From an uncultured delta proteobacterium (GTDB lineage Bacteria > Desulfobacterota > Binatia > JACPRU01), in assembly GCA_963745025.1 (NCBI GenBank), contig CAVUWD010000002.1, positions 192,001-256,000 of the forward strand: a stretch of DNA of 64,000 bases, read 5' to 3'. Under the pieces are notes generated by a model. The model had not been told where the DNA came from. It ran no database searches and saw only the letters and a list, made by a program, of their open reading frames with translations. Position numbers and translations under genes: made by a program. Of the stretch, positions 19,851 through 30,081 are shown in pieces (positions within the stretch are counted from its first letter, which is position 1; each line of letters begins with the position of its first letter).

Positions 19851-20086
19851 AGGAGGATCGCGACCAACGGGAGCGAACGAGGTAGCGCTTACGGCAGAGC
19901 TCTCGCGACCAACGGGAGCGACATATGAGGCGATCTGGGACGCCTGCTCCTAACGCTTGTCTTATTTCGCTCCCGTTGGTCGCGAGGTCGGCTCCGACCC
20001 CATAGCGTGACGAGCTAGCTCGGTAGGATGTTGCATCCCCTTTGATCGCGCCCGTCGGGCGCGATCCGTGACGCACCCTCCTAGCG
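19822..20086. repeat. Family-2 REP-like cluster (four units, one inverted)
   Basis: TCGCGACCAACGGGAGCGA near 19859 and 19903, its reverse complement near 19967, and a full unit at 20012-20086 with hairpin GATCGCGCCC-GTC-GGGCGCGATC. Confidence 0.88.
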
Positions 20087-21298
20087 CTTGAGCTTGACCG
20101 GCGTCGAGCCAACCTTTTGCAACCCCCCGGTCGCGGCTAGAGGGGGAGCGGGAGCGGCTGGCTTTCGGGTCTCCGGGCCGCGGTGACCCTGGATTCGAAA
20201 CGACGGCAACTCCTTCGGTTCCTGGCCGTTGGCGAGTTCCTCGTTGCGCAGGCGAAGGCGGAGATTGTTGGCGCTGTCGGCGTGGATGAGCGCCTGCTCG
20301 ATGTCGATCCGATCCTCACGCGCCAGGCGGAAGAGCGATTCGTCGAACGTTTGGCAGCCCTCGTTCGTGCCTTGCTCGAGCGCCTCCTTCAGCGTGTCGA
20401 TCTCGGCCTTCTTGATCAGGTCCTTGACGCGCGGGGTGTCGAGCAGAATCTCCAGCGCTACGACGCGCCGCCCGTTGGTTCCAGGGATCAGCCGTTGCGA
20501 GATGATTCCGCGAAGGTTCAGCGAGAGCTCCAGGTAGATCTGGTTATGGCGCGCGGGCGGGAAGAAGTTGATGATCCGCTCGATCGTCTGATTCGCGTTG
20601 TTCGAGTGGAGCGTGGCGAGGCAGAGATGGCCGGTTTCCGCGAAGGCGATCGCGGCCTCCATGGTGACCTCGTCTCGCACCTCGCCGATCAGGATCACGT
20701 CGGGCGCCTGGCGAAGCGTGTTGCGCAGCGCTTCGTGGAAGGAGAGCGTATCGAAGCCGACCTCGCGCTGGGTGACGATCGACTTCTTGTGCCGATGCAT
20801 GAACTCGATCGGATCCTCGATCGTGATGATGTGTCCCGGGGTGGTCGTGTTTCGGTGGTCGATCATCGCTGCCAGAGTCGTCGACTTTCCCGAGCCGGTC
20901 GCACCCGTGACCAGAACGAGGCCTCGCTTGGTGAGCGAGATGTCCTTCAGCACGTCCGCTAGGCCGAGGTCGTCGATGCTCGGCACGTTGAGCTTGATCT
21001 GGCGGATCACCAGTCCCACGGAATTCCGCTGCTGGAAGATGTTGCAGCGGAATCGGGCGCGGCCCGGGATCGATAGGGCGAGGTTCATCTCCTTGGTGCG
21101 GCCGAACTCCTCGCGCTGGCGAGGATCGGTCATCGCCGCCTCCGCCAGCGCGACCGTGTCTTCCGCGGACAGGGCGGGCTCGTCGACAGGCGTGGCCACG
21201 CCTTCGACCCGGAAGACCGGCGGGCTGTCGACCGTCAGATAGAGGTCCGAGGCGTCGATCTCGAGGATGCGCTCGAGAAGGCGATTGATGTCCAGCAT
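20081..21298 (-). CDS. pilU: Type IV pilus retraction ATPase PilU
   Basis: ASDLYLTV, GATGSGKST, TIEDPIE, LRQAPDVILIGEVRD, TLHSNNANQ. No AIRNLIRE motif. Confidence 0.92.
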   Translation of the reverse strand: MLDINRLLERILEIDASDLYLTVDSPPVFRVEGVATPVDEPALSAEDTVALAEAAMTDPRQREEFGRTKEMNLALSIPGRARFRCNIFQQRNSVGLVIRQIKLNVPSIDDLGLADVLKDISLTKRGLVLVTGATGSGKSTTLAAMIDHRNTTTPGHIITIEDPIEFMHRHKKSIVTQREVGFDTLSFHEALRNTLRQAPDVILIGEVRDEVTMEAAIAFAETGHLCLATLHSNNANQTIERIINFFPPARHNQIYLELSLNLRGIISQRLIPGTNGRRVVALEILLDTPRVKDLIKKAEIDTLKEALEQGTNEGCQTFDESLFRLAREDRIDIEQALIHADSANNLRLRLRNEELANGQEPKELPSFRIQGHRGPETRKPAAPAPPLAATGGLQKVGSTPVKLKR

Positions 21299-21307
21299 CG
21301 CGCGGCC

Positions 21308-22393
21308 TCAGGCAGCCGCGAGCTTGGCGCCGGCCAAGGCCGTGCCGGTGGGCGCTGCGCCGAACAGCGCCGAATTCGAGCTCTTCATCGCGGCTTCTTC
21401 CTTGGTGATCATACCCCGGACGACGAGATCCTGAAGCGCCATGTCGAGCGTCTGCATGCCGAGCCTCTGGCCGGTCTGCATGGACGAGGGGATCTGATGA
21501 ATCTTGGCCTCGCGAATGAGATTGCGGACCGCCGGCACGCCGACGAGGATCTCGCATGCTGCCATCCGCCCGCCCCCCTTTTTCTTGCAGAGTGTCTGGG
21601 TGACGATCGCCTCGAGTGACTCCGAGAACATGGCGCGGACTTGGTTCTGTTGGCCGGCCGGGAAGGCGTCGATGATGCGGTCGACGGTCTTCGGTGCGCT
21701 CGAGGTGTGCAGAGTCCCGAACACCAGATGGCCGGTCTCGGCCGCAGTGAGCGCGAGCGAGATGGTTTCCAGGTCACGCATTTCGCCGACCAGGATCACG
21801 TCCGGATCCTCACGCAGCGCGCTCCGCAGCGCCGCGGCGAACGACTGCGTGTGCGGTCCCACTTCGCGTTGGTTGATCAGCGACTTCTTGGGCGTGTGCA
21901 CGAACTCGATCGGGTCCTCGACGGTGAGGATGTGGCACTCCCAGTTCTCGTTGATGTAGTCGACCATGGCGGCGAGTGTGGTCGATTTGCCCGAGCCGGT
22001 CGGGCCGGTGCAGAGCACCAGGCCGCGCTCCTTCTTGCAGACCTCCTTGAGGATCGGCGGCATCCCGAGCTCGTCCAGCGTCACGATCTTGGTCGGGATC
22101 GTGCGGAACACCGCGCCTTCGCCCTTCCGCTGCATGAAGACGTTGACACGGAAGCGCGCGATGTCTCCGAGCTCGAAGGAGAAGTCGATGTCGAGCTTCT
22201 CTTGGAAGATCCGGCGGTGCATGTCGCTCATCACGTCGAACGCCATGTTGTGCACCTCGTCCCGGATGAGCGGGGCGTAGTCGAGTCGCTTGACGTCGCC
22301 GTGGATGCGTAGCATCGGCGGCTCGCCGCTCGAGAGATGTACGTCGGATGCGCCTTCTTTGACTGCAAACGTCAGTAGCTCTGTGATGTCCAT
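21308..22393 (-). CDS. pilT: Type IV pilus retraction ATPase PilT (copy B)
   Basis: GPTGSGKST, LREDPDVILVGEMRD, TLHT, AVRNLIRE, GMQT. Confidence 0.95.
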   Translation of the reverse strand: MDITELLTFAVKEGASDVHLSSGEPPMLRIHGDVKRLDYAPLIRDEVHNMAFDVMSDMHRRIFQEKLDIDFSFELGDIARFRVNVFMQRKGEGAVFRTIPTKIVTLDELGMPPILKEVCKKERGLVLCTGPTGSGKSTTLAAMVDYINENWECHILTVEDPIEFVHTPKKSLINQREVGPHTQSFAAALRSALREDPDVILVGEMRDLETISLALTAAETGHLVFGTLHTSSAPKTVDRIIDAFPAGQQNQVRAMFSESLEAIVTQTLCKKKGGGRMAACEILVGVPAVRNLIREAKIHQIPSSMQTGQRLGMQTLDMALQDLVVRGMITKEEAAMKSSNSALFGAAPTGTALAGAKLAAA

Positions 22394-22416
22394 TCGTTCC
22401 CCCTGCCTGCAGCCTC

Positions 22417-22433
22417 AGCGAAAGCCGTGCCAA
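22417..22433 (-). promoter_or_regulatory. Sigma54 (-24/-12) promoter of pilT(B)-pilU
   Basis: TTGGCACGGCTTTCGCT with exact GG-N10-GC spacing, about 24 nt upstream of the ATG. Confidence 0.8.
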
Positions 22434-22506
22434 CGAAGAAAGGGAAGAAAACATCGAAGAATCGCGAGCGAGCGTAGGGAAAATCAGAAAGCTCGCCGCC
22501 TCTCTC

Positions 22507-22539
22507 GCCAAGTTTGTGACGAGGAGAGCAAAATTTTGC
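22507..22539. promoter_or_regulatory. Candidate enhancer (UAS) pair for the sigma54 promoter
   Basis: Perfect palindrome GCAAAATTTTGC at 22528-22539 and a degenerate site GCCAAGTTTGTGAC at 22507-22520, 20 bp centre to centre, 75-105 bp upstream of the -24 box. Confidence 0.5.
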
Positions 22540-22553
22540 GCTGGTAAAAGCGG

Positions 22554-23639
22554 CTAGGAGCGAGTGCCGACCGCGCCGGCGAGGCTCGTGCCGACGGCCG
22601 GCGCGCCGAAGAGCTGCGGGTTGGCAGCTTTCGACTGCGCCTCTTCCTTGGTGATCATCCCTTTTGCCACCAAGTCGTGGAGCGCCATGTCGAGGGTCTG
22701 CATTCCTTGCCGCTGACCGGTCTGCATCACCGACGGTAGCTGGTGGATCTTTCCCTCACGGATCAGATTGCGGACCGCCGGGACGCCGACGAGAATTTCG
22801 AGCGCCGCGACCCGGCCCCCTGTCTTACGCTTGCAAAGCGTCTGTGTGATCACCGCCAGCAGTGATTCCGAGAGCATCGTCCGCACCTGGTTCTGCTGCT
22901 CGGAGGGGAAGGCATCGATGACACGGTCGACGGTCTTCGGCGCGCTCGACGTGTGCAGCGTGGCGAATACCAGCTGTCCGGTCTCGGCGGCGGTCAGGGC
23001 CAAGGCGATGGTCTCGAGGTCGCGCATCTCACCGACCAGGATCACGTCCGGGTCCTCGCGCAGCGCCCCGCGGAGGGCATTGGCGAATGAATGTGTATGC
23101 ATGCCGACCTCGCGCTGGTTGACCAGCGCCCTCTTCGACGGGTGCACGAACTCGATCGGATCCTCGATCGTGATGATCGTCACCTCTTCGGTCGCGTTGA
23201 TGTGGTCGACCATCGCCGCGAGCGTGGTCGACTTGCCGCAACCGGTCGGGCCGGTGACGAGGACGAGCCCGCGCTCGCGCTTGCAGAGCTCCTTCAGCAC
23301 AGGCGGCATGCCGAGCTCGTCGAGGGTCACGAGCTGGCTGGGGATGACCCGGAAGACCGCCGCCTCGCCGCGCCGCGTGAGAAAGACGTTGACCCGGAAG
23401 CGCGCCACCTCGCCGAGCTCGAAAGAGAAGTCGATGTCGAGTTTTTCCTGGAATATCCTGCGCTGGGCGTCGTTCATCACGTCGAAGGCCATGGTGTGGA
23501 CTTCGTCACGGGAGAGCGGCGGGTGCTCGATGCGCTTGACGTCGCCGTGGATGCGCAGCATCGGCGGCTCGCCGCTCGAGAGGTGGCAGTCGGAGGCGCC
23601 CTCTTTGACTGCGAAGGTGAGCAGTTCGGTGATGTCCAT
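22554..23639 (-). CDS. pilT: Type IV pilus retraction ATPase PilT (copy A)
   Basis: GPTGCGKST, LREDPDVILVGEMRD, AVRNLIRE. Same N-terminus MDITELLTFAVKEGASD as copy B. Confidence 0.95.
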   Translation of the reverse strand: MDITELLTFAVKEGASDCHLSSGEPPMLRIHGDVKRIEHPPLSRDEVHTMAFDVMNDAQRRIFQEKLDIDFSFELGEVARFRVNVFLTRRGEAAVFRVIPSQLVTLDELGMPPVLKELCKRERGLVLVTGPTGCGKSTTLAAMVDHINATEEVTIITIEDPIEFVHPSKRALVNQREVGMHTHSFANALRGALREDPDVILVGEMRDLETIALALTAAETGQLVFATLHTSSAPKTVDRVIDAFPSEQQNQVRTMLSESLLAVITQTLCKRKTGGRVAALEILVGVPAVRNLIREGKIHQLPSVMQTGQRQGMQTLDMALHDLVAKGMITKEEAQSKAANPQLFGAPAVGTSLAGAVGTRS

Positions 23640-23685
23640 GGGCCGTCGTCCCGGCACTCAGCGTGCCTCGACCACCCTGCCGCTT

Positions 23686-24342
23686 TCAACGAAAACTTGC
23701 CACCAAAACCCTGTACCAGAGGTTGGCGACGGCGTGGTAGACGGCGGGAGCCAGCACCGAGTCACTGCGCTCACGGAGCCACCCCGCGAGCAAGGCGAAA
23801 AAAAATACTCGCAGTTGCGACCAGTCGCCGGTGACGAGGTGACAAACGGCGAAGAGCATCGCCTGTAGGAGAAGGCCCGCGCCGACGGGCGCTCCGAAGA
23901 CCCTCCAGGGTCTGCCCAAGACCCGGTTCCAACGTGTCTGAAGATAGCCACGGAAGAATACCTCCTCGGGGAAGCCGACGGTCAGGAACTCGCGAACGAG
24001 ATCAACGAGCGGATGGCGCGGCGCTCGGGGCGCGAAGCTCTGATGAAGGAAGGCGTGTGCAACCGAGGCATGGAGAGCAGCGTAGAGCGCGAGCAGTGAA
24101 GTTCCGAGTGTGAGGTGGACGGCGAACGACGGCGGTCGAAAGCGCAGGTCGAGGCCGTGCTCCGAGAGCGGACGACCGAAGGGAACGAGGAGCCCGAGCG
24201 GGAGAAGTAGCCAGACGAGCGACGATGCGAAATGAAGAGAGAGCAGCAGGGCCGCGGAAGTGGCCAGCAGGGTTTCGACGGCAGTCCAGCGGAAGCTCGC
24301 CGGGCGCGTCTCGATTACCCGCCCGGTCGAGTCGTACGCCAT
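23686..24342 (-). CDS. CPBP/Rce1-family glutamic intramembrane protease (MrtC-like)
   Basis: PEEVFFRGYLQ, LFAVCH, GWLRERSDS, YHAVAN motifs in a multi-TM protein. Confidence 0.85.
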   Translation of the reverse strand: MAYDSTGRVIETRPASFRWTAVETLLATSAALLLSLHFASSLVWLLLPLGLLVPFGRPLSEHGLDLRFRPPSFAVHLTLGTSLLALYAALHASVAHAFLHQSFAPRAPRHPLVDLVREFLTVGFPEEVFFRGYLQTRWNRVLGRPWRVFGAPVGAGLLLQAMLFAVCHLVTGDWSQLRVFFFALLAGWLRERSDSVLAPAVYHAVANLWYRVLVASFR

Positions 24343-24377
24343 CGTGACGCTGGAACGGCTGTGCTAAGCGTGTTCAT

Positions 24378-25178
24378 GTGCTGATCGAAGAAAGTCTTCG
24401 CGTGGTGACGGCTCCGAATCCCGGCTTCATGACGGTGGATGGGACCAATCAATACTTGTTCGGTGAAACGCGTCTGACGCTGATCGATGCGGCACTCGGG
24501 GTAGGCCCGAATCTGGATCGGCTGCGCGCCGAGCTCGACGCGGCCGGCGCCTCGATCGTCCAGATTCTGCTCACGCACATCCATCCGGATCATCTGGGCG
24601 GTGCGATGGAGCTTCGTGCCGAGTTCGGCGCACGGCTCGGCATGCACTCGAGCCGGCAGGGCTACGCGGGGGTCGAGCCCGACTGGACATATGACGACGG
24701 AGACGAGATCGGATTTGAAGGGGGGGTGCTTCGGGTCGTCCACACGCCCGGCCACGAGTCCGGCCATTGTTGCTTCTACGAGCCGTCCCACCGATGGCTC
24801 TTCACCGGCGACCACGTCGTCGGGCAGGGGACGGTCGTGATCGCGCCGCCCGACGGCGACATGAGCGCCTACGTCGCATCGCTCGAGCGCCTGCTCGCGC
24901 TGCCCGCGACGCTGCTCTTGGGAGGGCACGGGCCGGTCGTCCACGATCCGCGCGCGAAGATCCAGGAATACATCGCCCACCGCCGCATGCGCGAAGAACA
25001 AGTGCTCGAATGCGTGCGCGCCGGCAGGCACACCATTGCGGAGATCGTCGCCGTCCTCTATCGCGACGTTCATCCCGCGCTGCACCTCGTCGCCGAAAAG
25101 TCGGTGCACGCCCATTTGTTGAAGCTCCTGCAGGAGGGCAGAGCGCGGAGGTCGGCGCAGGAGTATTTCGCGCCATAG
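24378..25178 (+). CDS. MBL-fold hydrolase, LACTB2-like, with C-terminal winged helix
   Basis: APNPGFMTVDGTN, THIHPDH, TPGH, FTGDH, GHG, AHLLKL. Confidence 0.88.
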   Translation: MLIEESLRVVTAPNPGFMTVDGTNQYLFGETRLTLIDAALGVGPNLDRLRAELDAAGASIVQILLTHIHPDHLGGAMELRAEFGARLGMHSSRQGYAGVEPDWTYDDGDEIGFEGGVLRVVHTPGHESGHCCFYEPSHRWLFTGDHVVGQGTVVIAPPDGDMSAYVASLERLLALPATLLLGGHGPVVHDPRAKIQEYIAHRRMREEQVLECVRAGRHTIAEIVAVLYRDVHPALHLVAEKSVHAHLLKLLQEGRARRSAQEYFAP

Positions 25179-25182
25179 GCGG

Positions 25183-26604
25183 CTAGCAGCGGATCGGCTC
25201 GAGACACCCGCGGGCGATTCCGGCCGCCGCGAGGCGAAGCGCGCCGCCGTGCGAATCGATTCGCGCGAGATCGAGATCCAGGTGGATCTCTTCGGGAGCG
25301 AACGTGGTCTTCGCCCACACCTCCTCGACGCGCTTGCTCACGTCTTTGGCGGGGACGCCAAGCGCGAGAAGGATCTTGTCGCCGCGTCTCTCGAGCCAGT
25401 ACGGAGCCGTGCCCTCGGCCGTCAGACGATCCCGATCCGCCTTGCGCGGCGAGTCGGGAAACGTTCGCGCCAAGATCTCGCTCTCCGCTAAAAAGAATTC
25501 CTTTGCGGCCGCTTCGCCATCCCAGATGGAGATCCAATAGAGGTGCAGCTCTCCGTCGTGCCCGAAGGCGGCGAAGCGATCGCCGTCCCATCCTTGCGCC
25601 ACGTGATTGGCGCGGCCCGAATCGAAAAAACTCTCGACGAGGATGCGGATGGTGAGCGCGCCGAGCGTGTTCTCCTCCACGGTCGTCCATTTCTTGGCCG
25701 AAGCATAGTCGTCGAGGCCGCCGAGCCGCACCGTCGTCGGACTGTCGGGATGGACGAAGAACTTCTCCGGCCAGAGAATCTGCTTCGTCGACTTCGGCGG
25801 GTAGGCGAGCAACGCGTCGACTGCCTTCCAGCCCCCGCGAAGATACGCGAGAGCGACGAACTTCGTGCCCGCCGAGTACTGAAACACAAGCGAGTCACGC
25901 AGCACGAGCGGCGTGTCGGGAAGCGCCGCCGCGACTTCCGCGGGGATTGCCTCGAGCCGGTCCACCAGATCGAGCAACGAAGCCTCGGGGAGCTCGCCGA
26001 ACACGTAGGCGAAGCCGGCCAGCGTGGCGTCGCCCTCGATCACCGCGTGCAGCGCGAGCGAACGGTCGTCGTTGGATGGATCGTCGGCTGCGGAAAGCGC
26101 GCCGAAGTGCTGGTCCTGCAGGGCGTGCGTGAGCTCGTGGGCGAGCAGCATCTCGTTGACGAGATCCCGCTGCAACAGGAACTGCAGCGTATTCATCATC
26201 CACCCCACGGGAGGCACTCCCGAGGGGACCAAGAAGAGCGTGCCCACCTCGGGGTCGTAGAAGCCGGCGATCTGCGTGTTGTAGAGCTTGAGCAGCGCTT
26301 CGCCGAGATCGAGGGTCGCAGGCCAGAGGCCGAGCCGCTCGTATACCTGCTGAAGACCGCGGATCTGCTCGGCGGAGTACTGCCGGTCGAGCGCTCTGCG
26401 GAGGTAGGTCTGCAGCTCTTCGGGAGTCTTCACCTCCATCGGCACGGGCGACAGGAACTTGAGGCCGCGTTGCTGCTCGAGCCCGCGTTCGATCTTCGCG
26501 GCCGCTGGTTGGTTGATCTCTCCCTTGCGAACGATCGAATAACTGCACGCCGGCAACAGAAGCAGCGGCAGCAGCAGCCACCGCCGCCGCAGGGAATCGA
26601 TCAT
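25183..26604 (-). CDS. Lipoprotein with zincin-like HExxH motif
   Basis: Lipobox [38 protein letters not shown]. Confidence 0.8.
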   Translation of the reverse strand: MIDSLRRRWLLLPLLLLPACSYSIVRKGEINQPAAAKIERGLEQQRGLKFLSPVPMEVKTPEELQTYLRRALDRQYSAEQIRGLQQVYERLGLWPATLDLGEALLKLYNTQIAGFYDPEVGTLFLVPSGVPPVGWMMNTLQFLLQRDLVNEMLLAHELTHALQDQHFGALSAADDPSNDDRSLALHAVIEGDATLAGFAYVFGELPEASLLDLVDRLEAIPAEVAAALPDTPLVLRDSLVFQYSAGTKFVALAYLRGGWKAVDALLAYPPKSTKQILWPEKFFVHPDSPTTVRLGGLDDYASAKKWTTVEENTLGALTIRILVESFFDSGRANHVAQGWDGDRFAAFGHDGELHLYWISIWDGEAAAKEFFLAESEILARTFPDSPRKADRDRLTAEGTAPYWLERRGDKILLALGVPAKDVSKRVEEVWAKTTFAPEEIHLDLDLARIDSHGGALRLAAAGIARGCLEPIRC

Positions 26605-27281
26605 CGGCGAACTTCTTCGACGACCATGGCGCGGAAGCCGCGGCCAGCGAGTGCCCGGGCGCGCACGACGGCATCGTCGCGGCGCTCGAAGGGTCCGACC
26701 CGCACTCTGTAGTAGCGCGCATCGGAGGTCTCGAGCTGGCTCAGGTATACGTCGGCGAATCGGCGGGCGAGATCGGCGCGCAGTGCCGTTGCCTTGGCAC
26801 TGTTCTGGAACGCGCCGGCTTGAACGGCGTAGGCGACGACGCCCGGAGGGCCACTGCCGTCATCGATCGATTCCACGCGCACCTCGGCGGTGCCGGGACC
26901 GATGAGATCGAGCTCGCGCGCCGCGGCGCGCGACAAGTCGATGACGCGGCTCTTGGCAAACGGGCCGCGATCGTTCACGCGAACCTCCACGGAACGGCCG
27001 TTCTCCAGATTCGTGACCATGACGTGGGTGCCGAGCGGTAGGGTGGGGTGCGCCGCCGTCATGTCGCCGAGGTTGTACACCTCGCCGCTCGAAGTGCGGT
27101 TTCCCGTGAATCCCGGCCCATACCAAGAAGCCGTGCCGGTCTCCACGTAGTGTCCACCCGGCCGCGATGGAGGGTGCCAGCCGGACAGTGGTGGTAGCGA
27201 GCAGCCCGCCACCAACGATAGAGCGCCCGAGAAGAGGATCGCCGAACTCCGCCCCGCGCGATCAAACTCTCTCGGCTGCAT
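26601..27281 (-). CDS. rlpA: Septal ring lytic transglycosylase RlpA with SPOR domain
   Basis: Lipobox [45 protein letters not shown]. Confidence 0.93.
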   Translation of the reverse strand: MQPREFDRAGRSSAILFSGALSLVAGCSLPPLSGWHPPSRPGGHYVETGTASWYGPGFTGNRTSSGEVYNLGDMTAAHPTLPLGTHVMVTNLENGRSVEVRVNDRGPFAKSRVIDLSRAAARELDLIGPGTAEVRVESIDDGSGPPGVVAYAVQAGAFQNSAKATALRADLARRFADVYLSQLETSDARYYRVRVGPFERRDDAVVRARALAGRGFRAMVVEEVRR

Positions 27282-27442
27282 GGTCACGGCGGGGTTACCA
27301 GAGAAGGGCCCGGAGGTCCAGGAGCCGCGGCGCCGAGCGGGTTCGCGACCGCTTCTTGACAGGATGCGTCACGAGCCGCTATCTGACCGCGCTGCCCGCT
27401 TCGTATTCGCGCTGCCGTGAACAGCCAAGGAGTCCGCTCTTC

Positions 27443-28778
27443 ATGACCTCCACGACGAGACAGGTCCGTACAGTCGCCGTGCTCGGCGCCAATGGTGCGA
27501 TGGGATCGGGAGGCGGCGAACTTTTCGCCGCCGACGGCATCGAAACCGTCTTTCTCGCCCGCGATCACGAGAAGGCGCGAGAGGGGCTCGAGCGCGCGCA
27601 GACGATGGCGAAGTCGGAAAAGCTCGCTGACTTCGTCCGTCTTGGAACGTACGAGCACGATCTTCCCAAGGCGGTCGCCGAGGCCGATTTGATCTTCGAA
27701 GCGCTCGCCGAGGACCTGGAGTTGAAGCAAGACGTTCTTCGCGTGGTCGATCGTCATCGGCGGCCCGACTCGATCGTCGCCACGGTCTCGTCGGGACTGT
27801 CGATCGCGGCGATGTGCGAAGGGACGGAGCGAGGGCTTTCAGCGGAACTTTCTCGGCATCCACTTCTTCAACCCGCCGAACGTGATCGTCGGCAGCGAGC
27901 TGATCCCGCACGCCGGGACCGACCCGGCGGTCGTCGACTTCGTCATCGGACTACTCGAGAGACGGCTCGGCCGCGAGGTCGTCGTGACCGCCGACCTCCC
28001 GGCCTTCGCCGGCAACCGCGTCGGCTTCAAGGTGCTGAACGAGGTCGCGCAGCTCGCCGCAGGAGCACGGCGTTGCGTTCATGGACTACCTCGATCGGCC
28101 CGTACACCGGCCGCGCCATGCCGCCGCTCGCCACCGTCGACCTCGTCGGCTGGGACGTCCACCGCGCGATCGTCGACAACCTCTACGCGAACACGCAGCG
28201 ACGAGGCCCACGCCGCTTTCGAGCTGCCCGCGTACATGGCGAAGCTCATCGGCGCGGGCCACCTCGGCAACAAGACGCCGAAGCAAGGCGGCTTCTACCG
28301 CCGCGTCAGCGACGGCAAGACGACCGAGACCTCGTGCTCGATCCGAAGAGCGGCGACTACCGAGCGCCGCACGACCCGATCGTCGATGCCGCCCGCCTTC
28401 GTCGACGGAGATGAAGCGTCTGCAACCACGTCGGCCGCTACCGCGAGGCGATCGAGCGTGATGCTCGACGCCGACGGCGCCGAGGCCGATCTCGCGCGCA
28501 AGGTCATTCTCGGTTACGTCAGCTACGGCCTCGAATCGCGTCGGCGAGGTCGTGAAGCGAAGCACGCGACGTCGATCGCATCATGGGCTTCGGCTTCAAC
28601 TGGGCGCCGCCACGCGTGCTCGTCGACGCTGGTCGGCGCGCGACAGCGACGATTCGGCCTGCTCGAGCGAGGCGAAGCTCGCCGGTGCCGCGAGCGTGCT
28701 CGCGCGCCGATCGACTCGGCGCCCGCCTCTTCAGACGAGCCGCGCACGTCGACATCGGGCGCTTCTTCGTCGGGCTGA
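27443..28778 (+). CDS. 3-hydroxyacyl-CoA dehydrogenase family protein with many frameshifts
   Basis: LGANGAMG, FEALAEDLELK, TVSSGLSI, GIHFFNPP, FAGNRVGF, MPPLATVDLVGWD and HLGNK spread over three frames. Confidence 0.8.
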
Positions 28779-28790
28779 CGACAGGAGAGG

Positions 28791-30043
28791 ATGACGATGG
28801 CGAATTCGCAGGTCTACGTCCTCGGCGGCTACCAGACCGACTTCGCCCGCAACTGGACGAAGGAGAACAAGCACATCTCGCGCGCTGATGCGCGAGGCGC
28901 GTGCTCGGCGGCCTCGAGGCGACCGGCATCGCGCCGAAGGAGATCGAGGTCGGCCACGTCGGCAACTTCGCCGCCGAGCTCTACTGCATGCAGGGCCACC
29001 TCGGCGCGTTCCTCGTCGAGGTCGACCCGGCGCTTCTCGGCCTGCCGACCGCGCGCCACGAGGCGGCGTGCGCGTCGGGCTCGATCGCGCTGCTCGCCGC
29101 GTCGGCCGAGATCGAGGCCGGTCGCTACGACCTGCGCGCTCGTCGTCGGCATCGAGCAGATGAAGACCGTCGACCCCAAGCGCGGCGGCGACTATCCTCG
29201 GCACCGCCGCCTGGTACGAGCACGAGGCGAAGGGCGTCGAGTTCCCGTTCCCGAAGCTGTTCGGCAAGCTCGGCGACGAGTACGACAAGCGCTACGGCCT
29301 GAAGGACGAGCACCTCGCCGACATCTCCGCGATCAACTACGCGCAACGCGAAGCGGAACCCGAACGCGCAGACGCGCACCTGGTACATGAACGAGGACCA
29401 CGCGCTGCGCGACCGACAAGTTCAACACCGCGATCGGCGGGCGCATCAAGATCTCGCGACTGCTCGCAGGTCACCGACGGCGCCGTCGCGCTCTTCCTCG
29501 CCTCGGCGACGTTCGCGGCGCAGTACGCCAAGCGGCGCGGCATCAAGCTCTCGACGATTCCGCGCATCCACGGCTGGGGCCACCACACCGCGCCGCTCGA
29601 GTTCGCGGACAAGGTCGCCGAGAGCCGCAACGATCGCATACGTGCTGCCGCACACGCGCCAGGCGATCCTCGACGCGCTGCGGCGCGCGGGCATCGACGG
29701 ACGTGCTGGGACGTGCGACGGCGATCGAGACGCACGACTGCTTCACGACCTCCGAGTACATGGCGATCGATCACTTCGGCCTCACCGCGCCCGGCGAGTC
29801 CTGGAAGGCGGTCGAGGAGGGCGTGATCGAGATCGGCGGCAAGCTGCCGATCAATCCGAGCGGCGGCCTGATCGGCGCCGGCCACCCGGTCGGCGCCACC
29901 GGCGCGCGCCAGCTGCTCGACGCCTGCGAAGCAGGTCACCGGCACGCGCCGGCGACTACCAGGTCGAGGACGCCGAGCGGTTCGCGACGCTGAACATCGG
30001 CGGCAGCGGCACGACCAGCTGCGTCTTCATCGTCGGGAACTGA
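28791..30043 (+). CDS. SCP2-type thiolase (acetyl-CoA acetyltransferase family) with many frameshifts
   Basis: [51 protein letters not shown]. Confidence 0.82.
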
Positions 30044-30081
30044 CGGAGATCCTCCTTCGGGACGCAGGCAGGGGAAGCGGA

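Noticed and set aside
19822-20086. Repeat cluster as a CRISPR array
   Set aside because: Irregular spacing, one inverted unit, dispersed copies elsewhere and no cas genes.
25183-25260. C-terminal Cys tail of the zincin lipoprotein as a myxosortase sorting signal
   Set aside because: Lacks the hydrophobic helix and basic tail that define MYXO-CTERM-type signals.
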